Position numbers and translations under genes: made by a program
Assembly (NCBI GenBank): GCA_965235115.1
Contig: OZ249447.1
Coordinates: 13,392,001-13,456,000 of the forward strand
From: Laetmonice hystrix
Lineage: Eukaryota
Direction of reading: 5' to 3'
DNA length: 64,000 bases
The notes under the pieces: model-generated
What the model saw: only the letters and a program-made list of their open reading frames with translations
What the model was told of the DNA's origin: nothing
The model's database searches: none
Shown here: positions 39,855 through 50,565 of the stretch, piece by piece
How the letters are laid out: each line of letters opens with the position of its first letter
How positions within the stretch are numbered: position 1 is the stretch's first letter

Positions 39855-39989
39855 GTAGGTCCAGCGATTGATTCCCAGAAAATACAGCATTGAGATGTGG
39901 ATATTCACACCTAGGTGTCAGGTGTGAATGTTGAGAATCTGAAGTCTCTGGTATCATTAAGTAATGGTGATGTATGTCTGTGGTTACAG

Positions 39990-40219
39990 AGTCGAGGATC
40001 TGCCTCTTGCCAATGGTGATGAACCAATTGAAGGCGTACTTTGTGGCACGACAAGAGCTCAAACAAACGACTGGAATCCTTGGGGATGTGCTCAGTGTGC
40101 TACACAAGGAGCACGTGCAGGGGGTATCAGTCAGTTCCGACGTCACTGTCCTCGTCACAGCCATGATGGACGTGTCAGTGCAAACCCTGCTCGCCCTCGA
40201 TCGGACTAGTGAGATCCTG
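39990..40219 (+). CDS. DOCK3/DOCK4: DOCK exon: SRICLLPMVMNQLKAYF...QTLLALDRTSEIL
   Basis: ttacag/gtaggt, 230 nt, phase 1 to 0. Confidence 0.94.
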
Positions 40220-40349
40220 GTAGGTTGGAGACTACAATCTGACGTTTTCTTTCTGAGTTGACCTTTTGCTTCATGTCACAGAACTTACGGGTACCAGTGA
40301 CCCAGTCTCTGCTATGGCTCATTGTGTTTTGGTTGGGGTATTATTGCAG

Positions 40350-40448
40350 GGCCAGCTGGTAGCCTGTCTCATAGGGATGCTGCGCTTGATGGAAGAAAGA
40401 CATTACCGACTCTTGTTGGAACAATACAGTGACCGCAAAGTTCTGAAG
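40350..40448 (+). CDS. DOCK3/DOCK4: DOCK exon: GQLVACLIGMLRLMEERHYRLLLEQYSDRKVLK
   Basis: ttgcag/gtatgt, 99 nt, phase 0-0. Confidence 0.95.
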
Positions 40449-42589
40449 GTATGTCCCCAGCCCACGCTGAACCGTTCACTATCCTTTAAACTTAACAAAT
40501 TCTCAAACATAGGTACCAACAGCGTTTTCTCATGAAACAGTGCTTCATGGTAACTGTATGTCGGAGTATAGGATTCAGCCCATTAACTCTGTCCTAATGG
40601 CAATGCTTTAGCTTTCAGTTATACTTAGCCTTGGGGAGCCAATCCGTTATTTGTAAACAAACACGTGTAATATCTTTGCTTTTGAGCTTGCTGTTAATAG
40701 ATACTCGCTAATATAATATAGCATTAACCTAAATCTGAGAAATCAAATGAAACTTCGGGATAATCAGTAGATACTCGCGAAGATAATATCTAGCGAGACC
40801 CTACAACTGAGAAATCATATAATATTTATGTCTTGATAATCAGAAAATATATTCAAAACAGTTAAAGTTAAACCTTAATCCTTTGATACTACAGTGAAAG
40901 TCAAACCTTAATCCTTTGATACTACAGTGAGCTATTACTGTGAAGTCGTGTCACATTATGTTCTGCTCGGGGATAGGACTTAGTGAAGCTAGGATGGGGC
41001 CGTCTTATATGAGAGGGATGACATGTAGTTGTAGACACGTTATGTGGAGGCCAAACCTTTCATAGCTAGGTTATAACGGTTTACCAGGGGCATAGCATGA
41101 CGAATTATGTTATTTTATTAGAAAACAATAATAATATGTGCTAATTAGGTTTGACTGTGACTATTTGAGATCCTTTAGTTCTATTTAGTGTTTTTACGGC
41201 CCTAGGTAACTTCACAATATTTGCTTCTGGAATTCTCTTTAGCAAAGACAGAGCTACAAGAACGAGGTTGGTATAGGATCTGCCGGAGCCCCTGCCCTTC
41301 CACCCCTTAAATCCTGCAGTTTGGCCCATCCATGCGTTTTGACTGCCACAATAAACCTGGATCTAGGGGTGGAAGGTTGAGATTTGAACACTAACTGGTG
41401 GAAGTGCTAGCCTCCCGTTCCAAGCCATTCATGTGCAATAATTATTAGGTGTTCTGGCCGTTGTTATGAAGCTTCGTGTCAGATGATCGCTAAGCGTTAA
41501 CACAGCTCGTCATACAATAAGCTTCATGTGGCGAGCTTCTACAGGACTTCATACTTAATTAAGCATACCCACATCTGTGAAACCAACCCCTATTTCTTTA
41601 TTTTCTAAGTAAGTTATTTTTCCAGAGGTGATATTTGAGCTGATCAGTTTTGTTGTTGAGCGATCCTATGGTTGCTGCTAATCACATTGTGTACATGTAT
41701 TAACTTGCTTGTGTTTAAAAGTTTTTGGAGATTTTCATTTTGAAAAGTTAATATCGCTAAGATCGCTTCTTTGAATGTTTTTGTGCGATGCATTGCCCTG
41801 TGTTACTCAGGAACTCTACAAAGTAACCACGTCAACACGGCCATAGCCCAGCACACTGTACTTGTCGATGTCCAGGTGTAACAGTAGATCGTTTTAGACA
41901 GTTTAACCAACGGGATGACGATGATTTATAATAATACATGTAGCACTAATCATGGTGAAAAATTTACATTTTGTGGCCAGTTCTCACCTTGTTTAGAACC
42001 TTTATGAGGCTATGAATAAGTCTGTGTTCTAAAACCAGATGAGCACTCTTTCACAGTCCGTTTCTCCACATGCTCTATGACCCCCAACATTTTCTGGACA
42101 GTTTTTTAAGAAATATTTTTACGATCCATTCATTATTTCCCTGTCATTTGACCCCTCTTGTAAAGTAGTAGTAAGCTAATATTCTGCATAACCCAACCCT
42201 CTTATTAAGAAAACTAAAACGTCCTATTCTTTCAAGAGAACGTATGATTACCTCTCTCTAACATTGAAATTTAAACGAAATTCAAAAGTGTACAGAAAAT
42301 TTAAATTGACTTAGCCTTTCAGTGTATGAGAGTTTTGTGTCTTTTTTTCAAGATTAAAATTTGATAAATGTCTAGAAATAGTTGGAAGTTGAGAGATCCC
42401 ATTAGCAGTATGCATAGTGTTGTCTTTAATGGTAACCTAGAATTACACGTATAGATACAGCGATGTCTGGATGTACTAGTAAGATCGTTGAAAACCTCTG
42501 GGTAAAGTGTGGAGGCCACCTTACAGCTAGTACTGATATAGTGATACCGGTATGTAAGTAAGTCTGGGTTTTCTGTGTCTCACCCACAG

Positions 42590-42684
42590 GACCTACTGGT
42601 CCGAATGTTGACCGTGTTCAAGGAGCTGGTCAAACAGGACGTCTACCCCCACGACTGGATGGTCATGAGAATGGTCACCAACAA
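42590..42684 (+). CDS. DOCK3/DOCK4: DOCK exon: DLLVRMLTVFKELVKQDVYPHDWMVMRMVTN(N)
   Basis: ccacag/gtcagt, 95 nt, phase 0 to 2; P.DWMVM motif. Confidence 0.95.
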
Positions 42685-42871
42685 GTCAGTATCACGTCAC
42701 ATTTAATGTTCTAAGATAATGTAGAATATGGAGCATGTGCTTTGTCTGTAAGAAGTAATGGTTATGCACGCTTCATAACCAATTTTAATATTTTGAACCT
42801 CTAAGCCGCTGACCTACCTGATGAAGAATTACGCAGGAGATAAAGTTGAAACAATTTCTCTCTGTTTTTAG

Positions 42872-42950
42872 TGCAATCCTTGTAGCCATGCAGTTCCTGT
42901 CACAGGCTCTCATCGACAAGTTTCTCATGGGGCTCGAGTTTGATAGTACG
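42872..42950 (+). CDS. DOCK3/DOCK4: DOCK exon: AILVAMQFLSQALIDKFLMGLEFDST
   Basis: ttttag/gtaaga, 79 nt, phase 2 to 0. Confidence 0.94.
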
Positions 42951-43117
42951 GTAAGAACACTCGGCAGCTATATCAGGTGTTATCAATATCAAAGTTACAG
43001 ATTTCAACATTTCAATATTGATACTGATTGCGATGGACTGCTCGAGAAGTAAGAAGTTCGGTAAGTCGGTAAGAAGTCTGGACCAGACGCTCACGGAGTC
43101 GTTTTCTTATATTTCAG

Positions 43118-43218
43118 TTGTGGGAGCGTTACTTTAACCTAGCTGTCAGCTTCCTCACCCAGGAATGTTTACAACTTGAGCGATTCTCAGAGGCCAAGAG
43201 GGACAAGATACTGGAAAA
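43118..43218 (+). CDS. DOCK3/DOCK4: DOCK exon: [33 protein letters not shown](K)
   Basis: tttcag/gtgagt, 101 nt, phase 0 to 2. Confidence 0.96.
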
Positions 43219-43324
43219 GTGAGTGTCAGATTACAATGATAGCAAAGTGTGGGACTAATATTGTGTCTGAATGACCTTTGGGTATGGACTCATGACGTAT
43301 GTTAACATTTGTTGTCTCCTATAG

Positions 43325-43383
43325 GTACGGTGATATGCGTGTACAGATGGGCTACGAGATCCTGGCCATGTGGCAGAATTTAG
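43325..43383 (+). CDS. DOCK3/DOCK4: DOCK exon: YGDMRVQMGYEILAMWQNL(G)
   Basis: ctatag/gtgagt, 59 nt, phase 2 to 1. Confidence 0.96.
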
Positions 43384-43478
43384 GTGAGTTTCTAATTCCT
43401 GTCTTGACTATTGACCTTTGCACTGATCAATAATAAGTCATGATGTAACAGGATTTATTACTGTGTTGATTTTTTATT

Positions 43479-43873
43479 GTTGTCCAAATGTACGGTAATG
43501 TAGTGGAAATGTTTGGGTGTCAGTTGTCCAAATGTATGGTAATGTAATGGAAATGTTTCGGTGTCAGTTGTCCAAATGTTTGGTAATGTAATGGAAATGT
43601 TTGCTTGTCAGATGTCCAAATGTATGGTAATGTAGTGGAAATGTTTGGTTGTCGGTTGTCCAAATGTATGGTAATGTAATGGAAATGTTTGGGTGTTAGT
43701 TGTCCAAATGTATGGTAATGTAATGGAAATGTTTGGATGTCAGTTGTCCAAATATATGGTAATGTAATGGAAATGTTTGGGTGTCAGTTGTCCAAATGTA
43801 TGGTAATGTATTGGAAATGTTTGGTTGTCGGTTGTCCAAATGTACGGTATGGAAATATTTGGTTGTCGGTTGT
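43479..43873. repeat. 44-bp minisatellite, ~9 copies, running into the acceptor of exon 43876
   Basis: GTTGTCCAAATGTATGGTAATGTAATGGAAATGTTTGGGTGTCA. Confidence 0.96.
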
Positions 43874-43875
43874 AG

Positions 43876-44024
43876 GGCCCCACAAACTTCACTTTGTGCC
43901 AAGCATGGTGGGACCGTTCTTGGAGGTGACGTTGGTACCCGAGACAGAACTCCGTAAAGCGACCCTGCCAATATTCTTTGACATGATGGAGTGTGAGCAG
44001 AGAGCCCGGGGGAACTTCAGACAG
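43876..44024 (+). CDS. DOCK3/DOCK4: DOCK exon: PHKLHFVPSMVGPFLEVTLVPETELRKATLPIFFDMMECEQRARGNFRQ
   Basis: ttgtag/gtacgt, 149 nt, phase 1 to 0. Confidence 0.96.
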
Positions 44025-44147
44025 GTACGTTCTCTGACAGCAGGCTTTCCAGTAATATACAGATTTAACCCACATGTAACCTACTTTTTTATTTTTCTCA
44101 TGATTGGTTATCAATACCATGATGTAAACAATGTGTTGTCTGCGCAG

Positions 44148-44233
44148 GTTGAGTGTGAACTGATCAACAAGTTGGACATCTTAGTGGGTGAGAACAAGGG
44201 AGACGACGAGTACAAACAACTCTTCAACACCAT
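44148..44233 (+). CDS. DOCK3/DOCK4: DOCK exon: VECELINKLDILVGENKGDDEYKQLFNT(M)
   Basis: gcgcag/gtgagt, 86 nt, phase 0 to 2. Confidence 0.96.
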
Positions 44234-44643
44234 GTGAGTTCACATCACTCAATCATAACCTAGGATACAGACAGTAGTAGGCTGACACATAGCCAGACTC
44301 GTGCACTGGTCTCTGTTCTCACGCTCTGGGTCCCTGTTCAGATATATAGGTCACCTCTATATTGGAAGAATGGTTTCTAAGTTCTTAAAAGAAAATAGAA
44401 TTCTGACTCAAAAACTGGACTTTACCTTAATTTGTACACTTTACCAATTGAGTACTATAGAATGATGTGGATCAAAGATCACAGTCTAAATCAAACCGTG
44501 ACTTAAGTTCTACTTATGCTTAAGCCTGCTGCTTGAGCTTCCTGCTTAGGACATAATCTGACTGTGTAAGTGGGTGCGTGTGGTAATAATGTGAACTGTG
44601 CCCCGCTGCAGCTCTCGACGCTTCCAGTCCATTGAGGAATGGT

Positions 44644-45142
44644 GCGTAAACACAGGCAGCTTAACAGTGTTTGTTAACTGGCACCTCATAGACACTGTTG
44701 TTAAACTGATCAATGTGTAAACACAGGCAGCTTAACAGTGTTTGTTAATTGGCACCTCATAGACACTGTTGTTAAACTGATCAATGTGTAAACACAGGCA
44801 TCTTAACAGTGTTTGTTAACTGGCACCTCCTAGACACTGTTGATAAACTGATCAATGTGTAAACACAGGCAGCTTAACAGTGTTTGTTAACCGCCACCTC
44901 ATAGACACTGTTGATAAACTGATCAATGTGTAAACACAGGCATCTTAACAGTGTTTGTTAACCGCCACCTCATAGACACTGTTGATAAACTGATCAATGT
45001 GTAAACACAGGCATTTTAACAGTGTTTGTTAATTGGCACCTCATAGACACTGTTGTTAAACTGATCAATGTGTAAACACAGGCAGCTTAACAGTGTTTGT
45101 TAACTGGCACCTCCTAGACACTGTTGATAAACTGATCAATGT
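44644..45142. repeat. 71-bp minisatellite x7
   Basis: GTGTAAACACAGGCAGCTTAACAGTGTTTGTTAACTGGCACCTCATAGACACTGTTGTTAAACTGATCAAT. Confidence 0.97.
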
Positions 45143-46219
45143 GACAATTTTCTACACATTGTTCACCACAAACCTCACGTTTTGTTGATCACGAGCAGTG
45201 AGTGTATGATTGAAAACAAGGACATCCATAATTCTGATTGTTTACACCACACTGCATATACAAACATCTTTATGCTTGCAACATCTGTGGTCATAAAGAT
45301 GACAACTTAGAGGAAAACAGTGGATTCTGTAATTCGTCCCTCACTATTATATGATAGGAATGATAGAGGTGATGTAACAGAAAAACTCTGACAGAAGTTG
45401 TGCACGTTTTGGTAACGTTCGTGTGGTATATATTGAAGTGATCGGGGATGGCTGAGGCAGTGTATGTGCACAGTTTACAATGATATCTGGTCTGGGAACC
45501 TCTGTGCAGACACCATCCCCTCCACCCAGCGTCTATCTTTGTCTCTCACTCCACCCCACTCAGTGGAGACTAAACCCTGTCACACTCCAACACGTATCAC
45601 TGAATCCCTTTACGGCTAGACTTGATGCGGAATCCGTGATGGAGTGTCAATTGTATATCTTTAATGAACCAGTAATATTAAGGAAATGTGTGTAGTAAAC
45701 AGTCAGAATGGGGAAATGTATTTAGTAAAGCAGTAACATATAGAGAGATTCGTTTAGTAAACCGATTTGGGAAGTATCGGGTTTCATCATGACAGGTTGA
45801 TGGTAAACGTTGCTGTGTGAAAAGCTCACCTCAGATGTTCAGTATGAGGGTCCAGTGTACAAGTGTACCTGTTGTGGAAACATGACCTGTGATCTTGGAG
45901 CAAACCTATACGTAGCAAACCCATGGAGCGATTTTATTTATGTTAAAAAAATGTCAGAACATTTTCATAATATTGTCTATTCATACGTCCACTGGAAAAA
46001 ACACATTTAAAATATGTGTCGTATTGAGATATTTTGGAATATCAATTTTTAATTCCATCCTCCAAGTTGTATACATTTGCTGGCAGAGGTTTGCTATCAC
46101 TGCATGTGGTGATCATGTTGAAGAGTGTGCTCTGACTGAGTGAGGAGACTGAGGTCTGACCTACTACTACTATACACCATGACTAACCCTCTCAATGCTC
46201 TTACCTTACTGACTTACAG

Positions 46220-46237
46220 GGAATACCTGAGCAACGT
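46220..46237 (+). CDS. DOCK3/DOCK4: Putative 18-nt microexon, inserts EYLSNV (FNTM-EYLSNV-LLVKVQ)
   Basis: gacttacag|GGAATACCTGAGCAACGT|gtaagt; phase 2-2, matching the host intron; TGACTAAC branch-like motif at 46180-46187, TGC at 46196, TGCATG at 46101 and 46247. Confidence 0.75.
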
Positions 46238-46282
46238 GTAAGTGTTTGCATGAACCTGACATGTGATCTCAGGATCCCTGGC

Positions 46283-46426
46283 TGCCCGGGACTCCGTGCC
46301 CGGTACTCCGTGCCCGGTACTCTGTGCCCGGTACTCTGTGCCCGGTACTCTGTGCCCGGTACTCTGTGCCCGGTACTCTGTGCCCGGTACTCCGTGCCCG
46401 GTACTCCGTGCCCGGTACTCCGTGCC
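46283..46426. repeat. 14-bp minisatellite (TGCCCGGTACTC(T/C)G), ~10 copies
   Basis: Read directly; explains the ORFs at 46214-46828. Confidence 0.95.
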
Positions 46427-48549
46427 TGTCACAGAGAATCCATGAATCCACAGATGAGTGGGATTCACGGATTGGGACACCAACTGACTTGGTGTTACTG
46501 GGACACGAGTTCCCGGCCAGCCTGGGGTCATGACACGTGTGTGTATCATTTTCCAAGCTGGATATGTTGTGTTTCATCATATTTCATTTACATCCTTCGT
46601 TTCAGTGTTCCTTTTATTTTCTTCTGTAAAAGTTCTTTCGTCTTTTTGTTGGTATTATTTGCTGTAAAATTTAGGACAAGAGGATATAATTTAGGACAAG
46701 AACCCGGTATATACCGGCAAGAGGGTTTAGATTCCCACAACCTGGCGTGTCAAAAAACACAGAATACGTGTGAGAGTGATCCGGCCGTGGGGGATTCGAT
46801 ATCTATATTCTTACCCCTGGAAGATTGAGAGTAGGGGTTTTTCCCTAAGTTCATCTGAATTATGACTGCCCAAAAAAAATTACTGTGAAATCGCAGCAAA
46901 ACCTCATTCCCCGTTACAAAAGTGCGAGTAAATGTAAATGTGCTCTTAATAGTTTGCTAAATGTACTCTTAATAGTTTGCTAAAAGAATTGAACAATTCA
47001 GAATAACAAAATAATCTCGACAAAGACGCCCTCTCCATGGGGACAAACGGAATCCGTCTTATTTCTTTCCTGTTCTTTTATTTGATTAGATTATCGCGAG
47101 ATCAAAGCATGTATCATAGTGATCATTTTAATCCCTTTTTTAGATTGTTTTGTTGGAGAGTTTTCGCTTGTTTATATATTACGTATTTAAATAAGCTTTT
47201 CTCGCCTTTAAGCGGAATTCTTGATTTTATTCCGCAATTTTTGCAGTCATGTAGCTCATAGTTTAGAACGTCCATCATTGATGTTGTCTTGTAATTTGTT
47301 AGTTGAGCTGTTTGTTGTTTCTGGGGTTTCCCTTGGACTCTGGCCTTATCTTAGTTGAGTACATGTATTCGATAAAATGCATGCATATTTGTTTTACTCT
47401 AGTATGATACATTTTGAATAACTAAAATATTCACTAAAATAAATCAAATAAATAAGCCCACACAATAATGAATTTACCGTATTGTGTAAATTACTGGGGG
47501 TAAGGGATACATACTCTCGTTGGTTTCCTCGTAAAACTCGAGTAGTGAACCTGTCCGACGCCAGGGGGCAGTAGTTGTATTGCTCAGCTCCCCTGCCGCC
47601 GTGTGGTCACTTGGAGATTGGGCCAGCCTAGCGTCGCAGTTATCCTGATTATCATGACCTGATGATTACAGACAATTGGCTGGCTCAGTATGACGTTACC
47701 ATGACAACTGGTCTCCTGCACACAACCAGTGACACAGGACAGTGTCGACTGTCATACTGATACATGGGTCCGAATTGTGGGCAGAACACAAAGGTCAACA
47801 TGACCTTCATGTACTAAATGGTTTCTTTATCGTTACCCCAATCAATACAGTGGTGGTGGTGGGGGGGGGGGGGTGAGGGTTAGATAATATGACCTAATAA
47901 CTAACTGAGGAATTTCTTTTCTGTGTAAATATTTGGTTGTGGAATTCTTGACATTAATTGTTGGGGATACACGTAGGCCCATATAGTTCACCTGACTCAA
48001 AAGTTTTATCCATGAAAAGTGTTAGGATAATTAACAAATAACGGTCAATATTGTTGTTGTGACATTGTCGTCAGGCCTGCCAGGTCTGGTGGTTTTGTGT
48101 TCTCACGACCCAAGTATCAACAATCAGTATAAATTTCCATGGAAAGCTTTAGATTTGATCACATCAACTCCTGCGGGATATTTTTGGCGATTCTCACATC
48201 TCAATCTTTTCCTATGTTTTTCTCCGTTTTTGTTATTTGCCTGAAGATCTTTTGTTACTTTTTGACGTTTTACATCAGTACACCCATTCATTATTATCTC
48301 CAACAAAAAAAACTCGAGTGCAGTAAGCTTGCTCATTGTGATATTATCCGGGACAGGTATTAGTCACAAACAAACAGACGACATTTTGAAGGAGCTTTAG
48401 TTTTCAGTGAAAACATCTAAAGTCCTGTTTCCGTTCAGATGGCCCAATAAAAACGTAGTACCCTTTCATCAGCTGTGGTTGGCTGCCTGTTGCTTACCAT
48501 GTCCCCGGCCACTGAGACCTATACCCCCTCTCCTAGCCTGATCCCATGG

Positions 48550-48550
<1 letters not shown>

Positions 48551-48583
<33 letters not shown>
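48551..48583. repeat. (CTG)11 trinucleotide repeat, intronic
   Basis: Read directly. Confidence 0.95.
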
Positions 48584-48585
<2 letters not shown>

Positions 48586-48987
48586 GCGTTCCTCACCTCT
48601 AACCCGGATACTGTGATGGGCCGATTTGTTGGCAATTACCAGCCGAGGTTTGCAGGAATTCTGCACATGCCACCGCTATTGTGTGCACTGGGGCGGAGAA
48701 CCACAATGTGGTGAAGTTTCAGTCTGGTGTTAGCCACTGTGGTTTCAAGGATTCCTGAACTTTCTATAGATGATGGTGATGATGACGACGACGATGAAGC
48801 GAGATGAGAGGTGATGTGTGTTGTTGTTGGGATCCAGTGTGCGGCCGGTAGTGGCTGGACGGGGGGCGGGTGGATAGAGGTCGGGTGGGGGTGGGGGTGT
48901 GGGCGGGGGGAGAGGGCCGCCGGGGGGGAGCAGGGTCGACCCTCTGACCACCTCTCAGAGCTTACACGTCCTCTGGTCGTTTTGTAG

Positions 48988-49086
48988 GTTACTGGTGAAG
49001 GTACAGTCGGAGCCAGGATGGCAGGAGAGTGGAATGGCATTCATACAGTCGGTCACCCGGCTCCTGGAGAGACTACTAGATTATAG
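48988..49086 (+). CDS. DOCK3/DOCK4: DOCK exon (DHR-2 start): LLVKVQSEPGWQESGMAFIQSVTRLLERLLDY(R)
   Basis: ttgtag/gtacgt, 99 nt, phase 2-2; SVTRL.ERLLDYR. Confidence 0.96.
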   Translation, partial: VTGEGTVGARMAGEWNGIHTVGHPAPGETTRL

Positions 49087-49170
49087 GTACGTATACGTGG
49101 TTATTTACTTTCTACCCAGGCTTTGTCCACCAACTGATGGCGACGGATACAAGGATCTCGTTTGGTTATA

Positions 49171-49695
49171 GTTTTACGATGACGCTATGTTTATACAGTC
49201 CTAGATATAGAGAGTTTTACGGTGACCGCTGTGTTTATACAGTCCTAGATATAGAGAGTTTTACGGTGACCGCTGTGTTTATACAGTCCTAGATATAGAG
49301 AGTTTTACGGTGACCGCTATGTTTATACAGTCCTAGATATAGAGAGTTTTACGGTGACCGCTATGTTTATACAGTCCTAGATATAGAGAGTTTTACGGTG
49401 ACCGCTGTGTTTATACAGTCCTAGATATAGAGAGTTTTACGGTGACCGCTATGTTTATACAGTCCTAGATATAGAGAGTTTTACGGTGACTGCTATGTTT
49501 ATACAGTCCTATATATAGAGAGTTTTACGGTGACTGCTATGTTTATACAGTCCTAGATATAGAGAGTTTTACGGTGACCGCTGTGTTTATACAGTCCTAG
49601 ATATAGAGAGTTTTACGGTGACCGCTATGTTTATACAGTCCTAGATATAGAGTTTTACGGTGACCGCTATGTTTATACAGTCCTAGATATAGAGA
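49171..49695. repeat. 44-bp minisatellite, ~12 copies
   Basis: GTTTTACGGTGACCGCTATGTTTATACAGTCCTAGATATAGAGA. Confidence 0.97.
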
Positions 49696-50565
49696 CTGAC
49701 TGTACATACGCCTATCTATGATCAAATGTCATGAACTTCGTCTGTAGTATTTTCAGTCGAACTATATAGGGAAGACCCGATGTTGAGAAAACCTTCACAC
49801 ACTGAAACCAAAGAATAGTGATAGTCCTAAAATCCCGGAAATGCTGTAACGTAGAAACCGTTACTACGTTCAGTTAGCAATAGCAATCAGTATTTTAGTA
49901 TTTTAGTATTTCATTGCTTTAAACATCTTGTATGTATCCTATAGGCCCACAAAAATGTATCAGGATTTGTATTATTATTTTTCCGATGTTTTCATAGAGA
50001 CCTTAGCCGGGTATTCGACGTATTTAACTGTTTTTATGGCACCCATATCTGGTTTAATGATGTGGTTAATTACACCAGGGTACGTTCATGTTTACCTAAC
50101 ATCAAACATCCCGACTGATTAAATGTTCCATTCTACTCGCCGACCTTGCACCACCACCAGGGGGCACCACCGGCACTTACATAAACGTGCAATCTCTGTG
50201 CCGATTGACGAGGTGATCTCTTGGGTCAGGTCAAAGGTCACAACTGAGCCAGGAACATGGAGGCTTATTGGGTTGGCAGCGACACGGGATGCGTTGATGT
50301 GCCCCCCCCCCCCCCATTATAGCATTAAAGGTCTAAATAATCTTTCTAGGATTTTTTATATCTCCATTTTGGAGGGGAGGTAACTGTGTATATCATGAGG
50401 GACTCTTATAATTAAACTACATGTATGTCATTAACACCTTGATAAGTGACCTATATGAGAATAGAAATTTGAGCGAAATTGAACGAGTGAGGTTGCCAAC
50501 TTAGGGCTACATGTACCACGGTCGGGAATGTACATATAATTATGTCAGTGTGCCAGGCGTTCAAA

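Noticed and set aside
41296-41376. 12-bp inverted repeat CCTTCCACCCCT / AGGGGTGGAAGG
   Set aside because: No target-site duplication or second copy; could be chance.
48475-48714. Poly-Ala ORF over the (CTG)11 tract
   Set aside because: Intronic, with no compatible splice sites and no homology.
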